A stretch of DNA of 64,000 nucleotides. It comes from Chiloscyllium plagiosum (Eukaryota). The number at the start of each line of letters is the position of its first letter. Within the stretch, counting starts at the first letter, position 1. The stretch is from the NCBI RefSeq assembly GCF_004010195.1, contig NC_057726.1, positions 4,547,702-4,611,701 of the forward strand, given 5' to 3'. The notes under the pieces were generated by a model. That model made no database searches and was not told the origin of the DNA. It saw only the letters and a list, made by a program, of their open reading frames with translations. A program made the position numbers and the translations under genes. Shown here piece by piece: positions 62,395 to 64,000 of this stretch.

Positions 62395-62938
62395 CTAGAG
62401 TCATAGAGTAATAGAGATGTACAGCACGGAAACAGCGTGCCAAGCCACTCACCACCCTCACTTGGAAATATATCGCTGTTCCTTCGGTCTAACCCAACCC
62501 AATCTAGTCCCACCTGCCAGCACCCAGCCCATATCCCTCCAAACCCTTCCTATTCATATATCCATCCAAATGCCTTTTAAATGTTGCAATTGTACCAGCC
62601 TCCACCACTTCCTCTAGCAGCTCATTCCATACACGTACCACCCTCTGTGTGAAAAAGTTGCCCCTTAGGTCTCTTTTATATCTTTCCCCTCTCACCCTAA
62701 ACCTATGCCCTCTAGTTCTGGACTCTCCGACCCCATGGAAAAGACTTTGCCTATTTATCCTATCCATGCCCCTCATAATTTTGTAAACCTCTATAAGGTC
62801 ATTCCTCAGCCTCTGACGCTCCAGGGAAAACAGCCCCAGCCTGTTCAGCCTCTCCCTATAGCTCAAATCCTCCAACTCTGGCAACATCCTTGTAAATCTT
62901 TTCTGAACCCTTTCAAGTTTCACAACATCTTTCCGACT
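62395..62938 (-). mobile_element. CR1/HER1 LINE 3' fragment
   Basis: KLERVQKRFTRMLPELEDLSYRERLNRLGLFSLERQRLRNDLIEVYKIMRG. Confidence 0.92.
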
Positions 62939-63228
62939 AGTTGGACCGAAGGATCTGTTTCCATACTGTGTGATTCTATAAACGATTATATACGCTATTA
63001 TTTAAATGATTCTATAAGTGATTTACAGGAATGATTCCATGAATGAGAAACTTCAGTGATGAGGCAAGTAGCAGAAAACAATTGATGCTTAGAGTCTAGC
63101 TCATGAAGGACTTGGTACCTACTGGGATAGGGAGAGTTGGAGGAGAGGGGTGAGTTTGGAAATTGGGGAGGAAAATTACTTCAGTTTTGTGCATTCCTCT
63201 CACTGTTGACTGTGTCCAATTTTGTCAG

Positions 63229-63309
63229 GAGTATTTAGAAGCTCTTCATCAGCTTTATGAAGACTGGCTGATCAGAGAGACCTCCTTCACAGTACCTGCC
63301 CCTGTGCTG
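63229..63309 (+). CDS. TK2: TK2 exon 9 (EYLEALHQLYEDWLIRETSFTVPAPVL)
   Basis: 81 nt, CAG/GTGAG; matches EYLEAIHHLHEEWLI. Confidence 0.96.
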
Positions 63310-63369
63310 GTGAGCAACTTAACTGGAAATGATATTACTAACTCGTGAGTCGCAAGAGGTAGGATTGGA

Positions 63370-63850
63370 TCTGATGTAATAATGAGGAGTGGGGTAGAGA
63401 TGGTTACAGTGACTCGTACTGTAATAAAAGGTGGATATGGATTATTGTAATGGTGATGTAATGAGGGCTGGCTGTAATGGCTGGTGTTTTAATAAGGGGC
63501 AGAGTAGATATGGCTGTACTGGTTGGTGTTATAAGGAGCGGAGGGGTAGAGGAAGAGGCAATTAGATAGCTTCTATTGTAATGAAGGGTCGAGATAATTT
63601 GAATAGCTGATATTGTAATGTGGGGTGGAGTGTAGATAATTGTAAGAGCAGTATTATGAATGGTATGGATAATTCCGGTAGCTGGTATTGTAATGAGGGG
63701 TAGAGATTATTCGAATAGCTGATATTGTAATAAGGGGTAGAGATTATTTGAATAGCTGGTATTGTAATGAGGGGTGGAGATAATTAGGATTGTTGGTACT
63801 GTAATGAGGGGTGGAGGTAATCATGGTACTGTAATGAGGGATGGAGATGG
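63370..63850. repeat. Degenerate ~37-40 bp tandem repeat (GCTGGTATTGTAATGAGGGGTAGAGATAATTCGAATA)
   Basis: About 10 copies filling most of TK2 intron 9. Confidence 0.8.
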
Positions 63851-63931
63851 TGTTGAACGAGTATTATCACAGACTTGATCCTCAGCTGGTGCTGTGTATC
63901 CTTTGCTCATTGTTTGAACCGTTTGTTCTAG

Positions 63932-64000
63932 GTGATCCCTGCAGATCATGATGTTCAGAAGATGCTGAAACAGTACGAGGACCAAAAGGAGAAGATTCTG
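63932..64000 (+). CDS. TK2: TK2 exon 10, truncated by window end (VIPADHDVQKMLKQYEDQKEKIL...)
   Basis: TAG acceptor; matches VIEADHHMERML...RIL. Confidence 0.93.
   Translation, partial: MIPADHDVQKMLKQYEDQKEKIL

Overview
Eukaryotic, intron-rich vertebrate DNA, almost certainly a cartilaginous fish (shark-type HE1/V-SINEs, HER1/CR1 LINEs, Deu-domain SINE relics; a carpet/bamboo shark is my guess). Three spliced genes can be reconstructed by hand with canonical GT-AG sites. CMTM3 is on the minus strand (exons 1-3; last exon probably left of the window). A complete 4-exon CKLF-like MARVEL gene (134 aa) is on the minus strand. Mitochondrial thymidine kinase TK2 is on the plus strand (10 coding exons, the last truncated by the window end), head-to-head with CKLF as in the human CMTM3-CKLF-TK2 cluster. 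Most of the rest is transposon-derived: two LINE families, a Tx1-like 3' fragment nested in a solo LTR, Gypsy relics, Tc1/mariner-type MITEs, SINEs and many Penelope-like element (PLE) fragments. The most interesting non-coding signal is a set of loop-less, minimal hammerhead ribozyme motifs (CUGANGA-N-stemII-GAAA-palindromic stemIII-UH). They occur in the termini of at least four PLE-related families, with compensatory stem changes, and are often carried as ~200-bp fold-back mini-elements with 13-16 bp target-site duplications. Gene and repeat names come from my recall of homologous sequences, not from database searches.
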